Shown: piece after piece, positions 1-8,690 of the stretch
Layout: every line of letters begins with the position of its first letter
Position numbering within the stretch: position 1 is the first letter of the stretch
Assembly: GCA_016193465.1 (NCBI GenBank)
Contig: JACPSE010000186.1
Location: forward strand, 6,593 to 70,592
Length of the DNA stretch: 64,000 nucleotides
Direction of reading: 5' to 3'
Source: Deltaproteobacteria bacterium
GTDB taxonomy: Bacteria; Desulfobacterota; Binatia; UBA9968
The notes under the pieces: model-generated
Told to the model about the DNA's origin: nothing
The model's database searches: none
Seen by the model: the letters and a program-made list of their open reading frames with translations, nothing else
Made by a program: the position numbers and the translations under genes

Positions 1-602
1 GGGATGGACAGCCGCCGCGTAATCTCCTGGGCAAGATCCATAGGAATCCCCTCCAAAACAACCGAGAAGGCTCCCGCCTCCTCCACCGCCAAGGCGTCCT
101 GCAGGATGATCCCCCGCTCTTCCTTCTCCTTGCCCTGGACCTTGTAGCCGCCGAAGCGGTGCACCGACTGCGGCGTCAGCCCCACATGTCCCATCACGGG
201 AATCCCCATCTGGACCAGCGCTTCGATCGTCTCAAGGAAATGGACTCCCCCCTCTATCTTAACCGCCTCCGCGCCGGCCTCCTGGAGGAACCTCCCCGCA
301 TTGCGCTTCGCCTCTTCCAGACTCACCTGGTAGGAAAGGAAAGGCATGTCCGCGACCACGAGCGCCCGCCGCCGGCCCCGGACCACCGCCTTGGTGTGAT
401 AGATCATCTCGTCCACAGTAACAGGCAGAGTGCTCTGCTGCCCCTGAATCACGGAACCAACGGAGTCCCCCACCAGCAAGATATCCACCCCCGCCTCATC
501 AAGGATACGGGCAAAGGAATAATCGTAGGCAGTCAGCACGGCGATCTTCTCGCCTCTCTGCTTCATCCTTTTGATTTCAGGCGCCGTAACTTTCTCCGCC
601 AT
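1..602 (-). CDS. panB: 3-methyl-2-oxobutanoate hydroxymethyltransferase (ketopantoate hydroxymethyltransferase); partial, C-terminus lies before window start
   Basis: Minus-strand translation [31 protein letters not shown]...ILLVGDSVG...[12 protein letters not shown] matches the PanB family. The ATG (complement of 600-602) is preceded by a GGGAGGTG SD. The six-frame ORF 159..755(+) is the antisense artefact. Confidence 0.9.
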   Translation of the reverse strand, partial: MAEKVTAPEIKRMKQRGEKIAVLTAYDYSFARILDEAGVDILLVGDSVGSVIQGQQSTLPVTVDEMIYHTKAVVRGRRRALVVADMPFLSYQVSLEEAKRNAGRFLQEAGAEAVKIEGGVHFLETIEALVQMGIPVMGHVGLTPQSVHRFGGYKVQGKEKEERGIILQDALAVEEAGAFSVVLEGIPMDLAQEITRRLSI

Positions 603-702
603 CTGGGTCACCTCCCGAAAGTCCGCAGGCTGCAGTCGGCTCCCGCCTACTGCCCGCTGCTAACCGCCGTCTTCTTCACCGTGGCGTCCGTCTCAGTCCA
701 GG

Positions 703-1344
703 CTACCTGGATCCAAGCGGTATATAGTGCTGCGTCCCCGAACCCATGTTGTTGATTTCCTTGATTAAGTCAGCCAGATCCTCGCTGCTCCCAACGAAAT
801 CGATCCCAGATGTATTAACCACCAACAGGGGGCCCTCCTCGTAGTGGAAGAAAAACTGGTTATAGGCCTGAGCCACCTCTTCCAGGTAATCGGGGGTTAT
901 GCTTTTCTCATAACTCTTATCTCTCTTTTTTATCCTCTTGTAAAGGACCTCAGGCCGGGCCTGGAGGTAGACTACCAAGTCGGGTTTTGGAACCCTGGTA
1001 TCCAAGAGCTGGTAGATCTGCTGGTAAAGATTGAGTTCCTCGCTGCTCAGCGTCAAGGTGGCAAAAATTTTGTCCTTGGCGAAGAGATAATCGGCCACGG
1101 TGTTCTGATTGAAGAGCTCCTGCTGGATTAACTCCTGTTGTTGCTGGTAGCGGCTGAGAAGAAAAAACAACTGGTTTTGGAAAGCGTAGGTCTCCCGATC
1201 CTCGTAGAATCTGGGTAGGAAGGGGTTATCATCCACTTTTTCAAAGACCGTACGCGCCTGAAACTCGGCGGCCAAAATCTTCGCCAGGCTCGTCTTCCCC
1301 ACCCCGATCGGCCCCTCCACCACGATGTACTTCTTCTTCGTCAT
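703..1344 (-). CDS. deoxynucleoside kinase (dAK/dGK/dCK family)
   Basis: 213 aa with P-loop GPIGVGKTS at the N-terminus and conserved dNK-family blocks (ERS-like region, arginine-rich lid). Confidence 0.8.
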   Translation of the reverse strand: MTKKKYIVVEGPIGVGKTSLAKILAAEFQARTVFEKVDDNPFLPRFYEDRETYAFQNQLFFLLSRYQQQQELIQQELFNQNTVADYLFAKDKIFATLTLSSEELNLYQQIYQLLDTRVPKPDLVVYLQARPEVLYKRIKKRDKSYEKSITPDYLEEVAQAYNQFFFHYEEGPLLVVNTSGIDFVGSSEDLADLIKEINNMGSGTQHYIPLGSR

Positions 1345-1374
1345 CCTGGCAGGCGAATTTACACAAACAACCGA
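1331..1374. repeat. direct repeat copy A (includes the dNK start codon and first ~4 codons)
   Basis: ttcttcttcgtcatcctggcaggcgaatttacacaaac; near-identical copy at 1555-1600. Confidence 0.6.
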
Positions 1375-1381
1375 AGCTTGT

Positions 1382-1585
1382 CTACCAATAAACGACCTTG
1401 AAGGATATCCACTTCCCGATCTCGGCGAAGTCCTCCCGATTGCACGTGATCAGCGTCGCCCCAACGTCTCCGGCAGATAGAGCAATCAGGACATCGAAAG
1501 CCAGGTCCCTTAATTTGTTGGCATCACAGCCTTTTTTCCCTCTGATACGAGAAAGAATTTCTTCTTGGTCACTCCGGCAGGTGAA
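1382..1585 (-). pseudogene. vapC (PIN-domain toxin) 3' fragment; the C-terminal ~65 codons only, no start codon
   Basis: Minus-strand frame reads ...SDQEEILSRIRGKKGCDANKLRDLAFDVLIALSAGDVGATLITCNREDFAEIGKWISFKVVYW*, a typical PIN/VapC C-terminal half. The frame is closed upstream by TAA with no ATG, GTG or TTG. Confidence 0.45.
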
Positions 1586-1600
1586 TTACACAAACCCCCA
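1555..1600. repeat. direct repeat copy B (degenerate copy of the dNK 5' end and upstream sequence)
   Basis: aatttcttcttggtcactccggcaggtgaattacacaaac; its reverse complement translates VTKKKFFLVSEGKK versus dNK MTKKKYIVVEGPIG. Confidence 0.55.
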
Positions 1601-1644
1601 AAAATTGTCCGGTTTATGGTATTATAGCTTGTCGGAACCTAGTT

Positions 1645-2469
1645 TTGGGAGTCGGCGTAAAGAAGATAAGAAAGCTACGAGGGGAAACCGGACTGTTGAA
1701 GCGGTCAAAACGAGACGCCAGCCTTCTTCGATGGGCGCGCGCAAAGTGGCTCTCCTGCGCTCTCCTTATCGTAAGCCTTGCAGGGAGCGGATGCACAACC
1801 GCCTGGGTCCAAGAGCGCCGATTAGCCCCTACCGGGCTGGCCCCTGCAGACACAATCGCCATCATCCTAACATTACCGCTCGACTATAAGCGTCTCGCAG
1901 AACTGGAGCAGACGGTGACAGGTTGTATACGGGACGCCCTAGGTGAGAGATATTCGGACCTTCGGATCATCCTGCCGGATGAGTTCCGTAAGTTGGCGTT
2001 TCCGGATCTAGACAAAGAGAAGTCGCCGCTCGGCGGTTTCTCGTGGGAGAGTTTCTTTCGAGATACGGCGTTTCGTGATCGGATCACTCCGCTCGGACTC
2101 CGCTATCTGGTTGCCGTAGATATCGAAGATAGAACCCGACTCACTGACGTCGAATGGGGCGCCGCCAATAAAATATTGGGAGGACCAGGACCCATAGTCC
2201 AGGGGTCGTGGGAACGCTCGGCTTTAATCCAGGCCGTCGTCGTGGACGCCAGACACCGTCGTGTCGCTGGGAGCGTTCAGGCATACGCCACCGGAAAGTC
2301 GAGCGCCGGGCTCACGTTTATAACCTTTCCGATGCCCCTTCCGGTCCCCTACGGCACAGCCTCTTTTCCCCTAAGCGTTGCGTGTCGAGGGCTGGGGGAA
2401 AGGCTGGCACAGTTCCTGGCAGGCGAGAATCCAGCGGAGGAGGAAGCGCCCAAGCAAACACAGGACTAG
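1645..2469 (+). CDS. hypothetical secreted protein or lipoprotein
   Basis: Long ORF with an N-terminal basic region followed by a hydrophobic stretch ending ...LIVSLAGSGC (lipobox-like). No family recognised and the start is uncertain. Confidence 0.45.
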   Translation: MGVGVKKIRKLRGETGLLKRSKRDASLLRWARAKWLSCALLIVSLAGSGCTTAWVQERRLAPTGLAPADTIAIILTLPLDYKRLAELEQTVTGCIRDALGERYSDLRIILPDEFRKLAFPDLDKEKSPLGGFSWESFFRDTAFRDRITPLGLRYLVAVDIEDRTRLTDVEWGAANKILGGPGPIVQGSWERSALIQAVVVDARHRRVAGSVQAYATGKSSAGLTFITFPMPLPVPYGTASFPLSVACRGLGERLAQFLAGENPAEEEAPKQTQD

Positions 2470-2475
2470 CGATCT

Positions 2476-2510
2476 TATTGACATCATTTGGCTTTGCAAG
2501 GATACTGCAA
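2476..2510 (+). promoter_or_regulatory. sigma70-like promoter candidate TTGACA-N17-GATACT
   Basis: ttgacatcatttggctttgcaaggatact sits upstream of the zinc-ribbon gene. The same TTGACATCAT...GGATACT architecture recurs at 7424 and 54920. Confidence 0.35.
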
Positions 2511-2686
2511 GCCATTTTCCGCCTATGGCCCGGAAAATAAGAAAAGTCGATGCCGCTGGCAGCAGGATTAGAGACTCCGCGTCAACCGTAAATCTGTTGC
2601 TTGTTATTGGGCATTTCCGACCGGTGGCTCTACGAAGAAACATGGATAGGGAGCAAAAATGACTCAATGCGTGAGGAGGTAAAACT

Positions 2687-3007
2687 ATGGCTAACAAATG
2701 GGATGTTAGAAGGCAGGCCGTCGAGGAAGAATACTTTGATGGGAAGGAGAGGAAGCTTATCGAAAAGCTCAAAACCCAATCAGAAAAGGAGAGGCAAGAA
2801 AAGTTCTTAGAGACGTGTCGCATGCGGTGTCCGAAATGCGGTGAGCCATTGAAGGAGCGAAGCTTCAAAAAAATCCAGATCGATCAGTGTGCTGGATGCG
2901 GCGGCATATGGCTTGATGCCGGGGAATTAGAGGAGGTTGCCGAGAGAGAGGAAGAGAGTTGGCTTGGCAAGCTATGGCAAAAACATAGGGCAAAGTCCAA
3001 CAACTGA
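2687..3007 (+). CDS. zinc-ribbon domain protein (zf-TFIIB-like CPxCG...C.GCGG.WLD.GEL motif)
   Basis: 106 aa with CPKCG...IDQCAGCGGIWLDAGELEEV. A strong SD (GAGGAGGT) lies 8 nt upstream of the ATG. Confidence 0.6.
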   Translation: MANKWDVRRQAVEEEYFDGKERKLIEKLKTQSEKERQEKFLETCRMRCPKCGEPLKERSFKKIQIDQCAGCGGIWLDAGELEEVAEREEESWLGKLWQKHRAKSNN

Positions 3008-3098
3008 GCCATTTGTGACAAAACAAAAGATCGGATTCCAATAGACGAGGCGAGCATAGAAGATTTCCCAATCTGGTTTAAGGCTGTAATCTATCTGA

Positions 3099-4211
3099 TT
3101 GTGGCGGGAGCAAGGGAAAAACACCTTGGCCACACTAAGGGAAAAGATCGGCCAGATGATGATGGTCGGCCTTCAGGGTGAAGAGCTCGCCCAGAAGGAG
3201 AAACGGCTCCTCGAGGATTACCCCTTTGGCGGGTTCATTCTTTTCACTCATAATCTCAAAGAGCCGAAGCAAATCCTTTCTCTCTGTCGCTCGCTTTGGG
3301 AAACAGCAAGAGAGACTCCTCCCTTTATCGCCATCGACCAGGAAGGGGGAAGGGTCCATCGTTTACCGGGACCATTTACCCACTTTCCCGCTGCGGCGCT
3401 TCTCGGAAGAACAGGCAATGCTGATCTCGCTTACCGGTTCGGCCTGGTTACGGCCCATGAACTATCAGCCGTCGGCATCAATCTCAACTTCGCGCCGGTC
3501 CTGGACGTTCGCTCGAATCCCAACAACCCAGTCATCGGCGACCGTGCCCTCAGTTCCGAGCCGAGACAAGTAGCCGCGCTCGGATGGGCCATTATTGAAG
3601 GGCTGAGAGACGGCGGCGTCATCGCCTGCGGCAAGCACTTTCCCGGACACGGAGATACCGCACAGGACTCCCATCTGGAGCTTCCTGTCGTAGAAAAGGA
3701 TCTGGCCGCGTTAAAAGAAGTCGAGCTTTCTCCCTTTATCCATTCCTGCCGCAACCAGATCGAATCTCTGATGACTGCCCACGTTCTTTATCCGTCGCTG
3801 GATTCCGTTTATCCGGCTACTCTCTCCGAAGCTATTATCGGCAATCTGCTGCGCGAAGAGTTGGGCTATGAGGGAGTAGTCTTTGGAGACGACCTGGAAA
3901 TGAAAGCGATCAGCAAAAATTACTCCGCTGAGGATGCCATCGCTCTCGCGGTTCGGGCTGGCGTGGACGTGCTCCTGTTCTGTCACGATAAGACGAGCGC
4001 CATCCGGTCCTTTGATTTTCTCTGCCAAAAGTCAGAGAAGGATGCGAAGCTCGAAGAAAGAATCGAGGAGAGCCATCAGAGAATCAAAAGGCTCAAGCAA
4101 CGGTATCTTAAATCCTTTAATGGGATAGGCCAAAATCTCCTAATGGAGCACATAGGAATAACTGGCCATCAGAAACTAGCAGAGGAGATTATCGAAGCGG
4201 GAGGACATTAA
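3099..4211 (+). CDS. nagZ: beta-N-acetylhexosaminidase NagZ (GH3)
   Basis: GGFILF, AIDQEGGRV and KHFPGHGDTAQDSH motifs. The start is ambiguous between TTG at 3099 and ATG at ~3159. Confidence 0.85.
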   Translation: MWREQGKNTLATLREKIGQMMMVGLQGEELAQKEKRLLEDYPFGGFILFTHNLKEPKQILSLCRSLWETARETPPFIAIDQEGGRVHRLPGPFTHFPAAALLGRTGNADLAYRFGLVTAHELSAVGINLNFAPVLDVRSNPNNPVIGDRALSSEPRQVAALGWAIIEGLRDGGVIACGKHFPGHGDTAQDSHLELPVVEKDLAALKEVELSPFIHSCRNQIESLMTAHVLYPSLDSVYPATLSEAIIGNLLREELGYEGVVFGDDLEMKAISKNYSAEDAIALAVRAGVDVLLFCHDKTSAIRSFDFLCQKSEKDAKLEERIEESHQRIKRLKQRYLKSFNGIGQNLLMEHIGITGHQKLAEEIIEAGGH

Positions 4212-4261
4212 CGGGAAGAGGGCCCGGCCTGCTTTCTTTAATAGCGGCTTCGACCTCTCGA

Positions 4262-4345
4262 ACGCACTGGCAAGGGGCTCGCTGGAGACAATTTTGAGTC
4301 CTCGGCAGTTGGCCTCAAAAGGAACTTTTTGCTATCATTTATTCC
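4262..4345. repeat. dispersed ~60-85 bp REP-like repeat, copy 1
   Basis: ctggcaaggggctcgctggagacaattttgagtcctcggcagttggcctcaaaagga is ~85% identical to 12530-12618. Confidence 0.6.
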
Positions 4346-4375
4346 GGCAGCTAACCAACCTCAAAGGAGTCGGAC

Positions 4376-5134
4376 ATGACGCATCATTCTTGCTCAAACG
4401 CGAGTCGTCTAGCTTTTCTCAGCATTGTTGGAATTGCTGCGCTGGCTCTTACGCTTGCGACTCTGCCCCGGGCCGTCTTCGGCCAGCCTTCAACCAACGC
4501 AGTTGGTATGAAGATCGGCATCATCGGCTCCGGCAATATAGGCGGCACGGTGGGAACGCTGTGGGTGAAAGCCGGCCATCAGGTGATGTTTTCCTCCCGG
4601 CATCCCGAGAACCTCAAATCGCTCGTCGACGGTCTCGGCCCTCTGGCTCGCGCCGGCACGGTACGGGAAGCCTTGACGTTTGGCGACGTCGTTCTCATTG
4701 CAGTTCCCTATGGTGCTTACCCGCAGATTGGCAAAGATTATGCGCGTGAGTTTACCGGCAAAGTTTTCCTCGATGCTGGAAACGCGGTTCTCAGGCGCGA
4801 TGGGGAGATCGCCAACGAAGCGCGTGAGAATGGCATCGGCATCACGTCGGCGAAGTATCTCGCGGGGGCGCGAATTGTCCGCGCGTTCAACACGATGAAC
4901 TTTCGCAGGCTCGCGAGCAACGCGAACCGGCCTGGAGCCCGCATGGCCATCCCCATTGCGGGCGATGACAAGGAGGCGCTCGCCGTGGCCCAGACGCTAG
5001 TCCGAAACGCCGGTTTCGATCCGGTCATCATCGGCGGGCTCGAAAGCGCCAAGTACTTTGCCCAAGGAGGGCCTTTGTACGGGCAAGATATCACGGCCCA
5101 GGAGATGCAGCTTCGTCTCCAGACGCTCCGGTGA
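4376..5134 (+). CDS. NADP oxidoreductase, coenzyme F420-dependent family (Rossmann MKIGIIGSGNIGG), with a possible N-terminal signal-like extension
   Basis: The MKIGIIGSGNIGGTVG dinucleotide-binding motif starts at 4508. The ORF opens at 4376 with an AAAGGAG SD and a hydrophobic leader, so the alternative start is 4508. Confidence 0.7.
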   Translation: MTHHSCSNASRLAFLSIVGIAALALTLATLPRAVFGQPSTNAVGMKIGIIGSGNIGGTVGTLWVKAGHQVMFSSRHPENLKSLVDGLGPLARAGTVREALTFGDVVLIAVPYGAYPQIGKDYAREFTGKVFLDAGNAVLRRDGEIANEARENGIGITSAKYLAGARIVRAFNTMNFRRLASNANRPGARMAIPIAGDDKEALAVAQTLVRNAGFDPVIIGGLESAKYFAQGGPLYGQDITAQEMQLRLQTLR

Positions 5135-5195
5135 CGCTGGAGAGGCAACGAGCCGCCGGTTAGAGTGGAAATGAATAGCCTATAAGACTAGAATC

Positions 5196-6521
5196 GTGGA
5201 GAAAGAAGGGAAACACGTGTTGAAAGAACTCAATCTTACGGAGGCCGCACTGTTGGTTGTGGATCTCCAAGAGGATTTCCTGGCGGCAAGAGGCGGACTT
5301 AAGGACTTAGGATTACAACCGATCCAGCAAGATGAACGCGCGACTTTGTTGATTAACTGCCAGCGGCTCCTGACTGAAGCGCGCAGGAACAAAAGACCGG
5401 TCATCTATGCGCAGACTGCTTTCAGAGCCGACCTTGGGGATTGTTTCTTACCGCCGAAGTGGCTGAGGCAGTTGAGGGTGTTATCTTCTGTCTTAATCGA
5501 GGGCACCTCTGGAACCGCAATTCCAAAGGAAATCGCGCCGCAGGCGGACGATTACGTCATTACGAAAAAAAGCCTTAGTGCCTTTCAGTTCACGCATCTC
5601 GACCGCCTGCTGTCAAATCTCGGCGTGGACACCTGCATTCTCGTCGGGTTCTGCGGTGTGCCAGGCAGCATCGATGATACGACCAGGATGGCCGGGCTTT
5701 TGGGTTACGACACGGTCATTGCAGCCGATGCGGTCTTTCCTATCCGCACGCCGCATCTGGCAACGTTTGTGAAGCGGGCTGCCGTTGGAGAAACTCACGA
5801 GATCGTTTCACGCCTGCAAGCGGCAGGTCCACGGCGGGAAAAGGTGGAAGCGCTTCGTCCCGCTATGATTATTGTGGCGATGAATAATGATGGCCATCAT
5901 CCACAGGGGTCGAAGCATCGTTACGGGATCGACTCATCGGGATCCGGACCTACCGACGAAGAACGTGAGCTATTCATTCGTAACAACAACCGTCTCATAG
6001 AAGTAATGACGGGAAAGGGATTCCCCGTAATCCATGCGCAAACCGCTGTTCGACTCGACCAGACGGATGACGCCCACTCCTTCCAGGCGTTTCGCGTTAC
6101 TGTGCCTGAATGGAAGAAAAAGTTTCCACCGGGAGTAGGATACATGATCGAGGATACCTGGGGCGCAGAAATTTTGGAGGGCGTCAGGCTTCCTGAAGGC
6201 TACTATCGCGTCTGCAAGAAGGGCAACAGCGCTTTTGGCCTCACACACATGCACCGGCTGCTGCGGAATCTCGGCGTTAACTTCTGCATCATCACCGGAG
6301 ACGCTACGACCGGATGCGTCTCCGACACCGTGCGCGAGGGTGTGGGGTTGGGCTATGAATCGATCGTGGTTTCAGACGCGACGAGCCGCGCCAACATACC
6401 CTACCACCAAGTCCTTGCCAATCGCGCCGAGGTGAAGAGTACTGATGAAGTGCTCGCTTGGTTGGAGAAGCTGCAGCCATCGAGTGGGACACTATTTACC
6501 TCACGGGGAACTACTACATAA
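5196..6521 (+). CDS. tandem (two-domain) isochorismatase-family cysteine hydrolase
   Basis: The N-terminal domain has LLVVDLQEDF...GFCGV. The C-terminal domain has MIIVAMNNDGH...ITGDATTGCVSDTVREGVGLGYESIVVSDA, a classic isochorismatase motif. Confidence 0.75.
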   Translation: MEKEGKHVLKELNLTEAALLVVDLQEDFLAARGGLKDLGLQPIQQDERATLLINCQRLLTEARRNKRPVIYAQTAFRADLGDCFLPPKWLRQLRVLSSVLIEGTSGTAIPKEIAPQADDYVITKKSLSAFQFTHLDRLLSNLGVDTCILVGFCGVPGSIDDTTRMAGLLGYDTVIAADAVFPIRTPHLATFVKRAAVGETHEIVSRLQAAGPRREKVEALRPAMIIVAMNNDGHHPQGSKHRYGIDSSGSGPTDEERELFIRNNNRLIEVMTGKGFPVIHAQTAVRLDQTDDAHSFQAFRVTVPEWKKKFPPGVGYMIEDTWGAEILEGVRLPEGYYRVCKKGNSAFGLTHMHRLLRNLGVNFCIITGDATTGCVSDTVREGVGLGYESIVVSDATSRANIPYHQVLANRAEVKSTDEVLAWLEKLQPSSGTLFTSRGTTT

Positions 6522-7262
6522 ACTACGTGCCGTTTGTAGCAAAATATGATGTTCTAGGCATGGCGGAAAAGGGAATCATTCAGATTCCCACTGCGATGGT
6601 AGATCCAGACAACCGCAACGTTATTGCCGCGGGCAGCGCGCTCGACGCGGTTGCTTATAATCCCAACCTGCTGCGCCCCGAGCTTGTGCCCAAAATCTGG
6701 GAAGACCTTCTCAAACCAGAACTGAAAGGGAAAAAAGTTTGTCATGGATGTTGCCCCCGCCGCTGTTTTTGCTTTGACCCCCGCATGGGGACTGGAGAAG
6801 GTTCTCAGCTTCGCCCGCAAGCTTAGGGAACAGAGTCCCGTGTGGGCACGGGGACATACAAGGATCCTAACCAGCATTGCAGCGGGCGAGTATGCCATGC
6901 ACGGCGCTACCAACTATCACTCGGCGATGCGCCTGAAGGAAAAGAATCCGGCTAATCTGGGGGTTGCACTTGTTGAACCTGTTCCGACGCGACTCCATGA
7001 AGCTCAGGCGGTTCTGGGGACGGCCACAAACCCCCACACAGTTTTGTTGTGGCTCGAGCACATGGCGAGCCCTGAAGTTCAAAGACATCTAGATGAGGTG
7101 GAGCCTTTAAAAAGCTCTATCTATGCTCATGTTTCAGCACTGAGGAAAGCCGTCGAAGGGAAGAAAGTTTCAGTCGCTGCATGGAAATGGTTTTACCAGC
7201 GCGAAGACATTGAAAAACAGATAGCAAGCGCCTACGGGTTCCCAACAGCAGACGTGAAATAG
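6480..7262 (+). pseudogene. decayed paralog of the downstream ABC substrate-binding protein (N-terminally truncated, frameshifted)
   Basis: Two overlapping frames (6458..6826 and 6744..7262) align to residues ~110-340 of the intact SBP at 8691..9746 (EDLLKPELKGKKV~EDLLDPKWKGRIAV; HTVLLWLEHMASPEVQRHLDE~ATKLLLAWLLSPEGAEAVDK). There is no signal peptide, and the first part overlaps the isochorismatase gene 3' end. Confidence 0.55.
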
Positions 7263-7423
7263 AATACACCACTGGTAAGAATAACCGGGGAAATGGCTAT
7301 TCATACGTTTGGCTTCCCAGACGGAATAATTTGACCCCTCTTACTCCCAGCTCGTTTGACCCTTTCATACTCTAGGCCGCTGGCAAATGTCCATCCCTAT
7401 CTGGAAACCTCCCGCTAGTTGAC

Positions 7424-7453
7424 ATCATGCTACCTCATTGGATACTCTGCGCC
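7424..7453 (+). promoter_or_regulatory. sigma70-like promoter candidate TTGACA-N16-GATACT upstream of the ComA-like operon
   Basis: ttgacatcatgctacctcattggatact, followed by a ~150-nt leader before the ATG at 7603. Confidence 0.35.
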
Positions 7454-7602
7454 CTAATACGGCGACCCGGGGCCGGTTCATAGCCCAGGGATGCTGCTTG
7501 GGTTTATAAAGGCTCTCTGCCGCTTGGTCGAGGAGGCCACTTTCGAGTTCTCAGGGGCCGGGCTTAAAAAGCAAATTCTTATAGAACAGAAAGGAGCTCA
7601 AT

Positions 7603-8556
7603 ATGGAGAGACGGTTTTTAGATTTCGTGGAGCTGGCTGCCCGCAGCCGAAAGCCCCGGACTCAAGGCATTACCATCTTTGCCGAATACGGCACGATCAG
7701 CTGGACTAAGGAGATGCTGGACACATGGGGAGAGTATGTCGATGTTGTCAAATATACTCCGGCTCATCTGCATGCGCCGTGGCGCATCATTGAAGAAAAA
7801 GTAAAATTGTACCGAGATTACCAGGTCGGCGTCGCAGCCGATGATCCTATGTTTTCGATTGCCTACTATCAGGGAAAGGCCGACCAATTCCTACGTACCA
7901 TTCGGGATGTGGGCTTTACGCACGCTCAAATCGATACTCAGCACATCAATCTGGGCGCGCGGGCCAATCTCAAAAAACTCCAGGAGGATTGGCAAAAGTA
8001 CATGACGTTGGCGCTTGAGTTAGGCCTTAAGATCGACGGCGAGGTGGGCCAAAAGACTCCCGACGGCGATCTCGCCCGCTCCGGCAAAGGTATGTTGAAC
8101 ATCGATGCGGTCGTCGGGGAAATGAAGCGGCTCCTTAAAGCCGGCTGCGAGCACGTTTATCTGGAAAGCCGCGTGATCCGCGAGGTCATCGGCAACTACG
8201 GGGAAATAGAATCCGGAGCGGCGCAGATTCGAAGGATCGTAGACGCGGTGGGACAAACCAATGTGATCATCGAGATCAGCGGCCAATTGCCGTTTGACAC
8301 CAGGATGTGCCACCGTTTTTGGGCGGTGCGAAATTTCGGGCCGGAAGTCAACATGTCAGGCGGCGGACCGATAGAAGACGCGCGTTACGTTGAGGCGATC
8401 CGTCGCGGGAACACTTTTGTCAATGGTCCGAGTCGGTCGACCAGCAAGCTATGGATAAAATCGTTAGCCAAAAACGGCGGCAAAGCTGCCTCGGAATGGT
8501 GGAAGGAGGAATATCCAATAGATCCCGCGGTAGTAGCGGGCAGAACTCTGAATTGA
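7603..8556 (+). CDS. (2R)-phospho-3-sulfolactate synthase (ComA) family protein, with a C-terminal extension
   Basis: TIFAEYGTISW...YVDVVKY...DQFLRTIRDVGFTHAQID...LALELGLKIDGEVGQK...KAGCEHVYLESRVI resembles the ComA/PF02679 aldolase-type TIM barrel. There is an AAAGGAG SD. Confidence 0.6.
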   Translation: MERRFLDFVELAARSRKPRTQGITIFAEYGTISWTKEMLDTWGEYVDVVKYTPAHLHAPWRIIEEKVKLYRDYQVGVAADDPMFSIAYYQGKADQFLRTIRDVGFTHAQIDTQHINLGARANLKKLQEDWQKYMTLALELGLKIDGEVGQKTPDGDLARSGKGMLNIDAVVGEMKRLLKAGCEHVYLESRVIREVIGNYGEIESGAAQIRRIVDAVGQTNVIIEISGQLPFDTRMCHRFWAVRNFGPEVNMSGGGPIEDARYVEAIRRGNTFVNGPSRSTSKLWIKSLAKNGGKAASEWWKEEYPIDPAVVAGRTLN

Positions 8557-8690
8557 GGCTGTGACGCCGGCTCGCGAAAACGTTTCGCTTTCTGCAAGCG
8601 CAGAGGCAGTAAACGCAAAATCAGAACAGAGAATGAGAACGCTCGCAGCAGAGGCTTGTTTTGAATTCGCCAACTAATAAGGAGTGAGCG

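Noticed and set aside
159-755. 198-aa plus-strand ORF
   Set aside because: It is antisense to the clearly recognisable panB (minus strand) and shows low-complexity, arginine/histidine-rich translation typical of GC-rich antisense frames.
1398-1889. 163-aa plus-strand ORF across the dNK/lipoprotein intergenic region
   Set aside because: Arg/Ser/Pro-rich junk translation. It overlaps the vapC remnant on the opposite strand and the real downstream gene in another frame.
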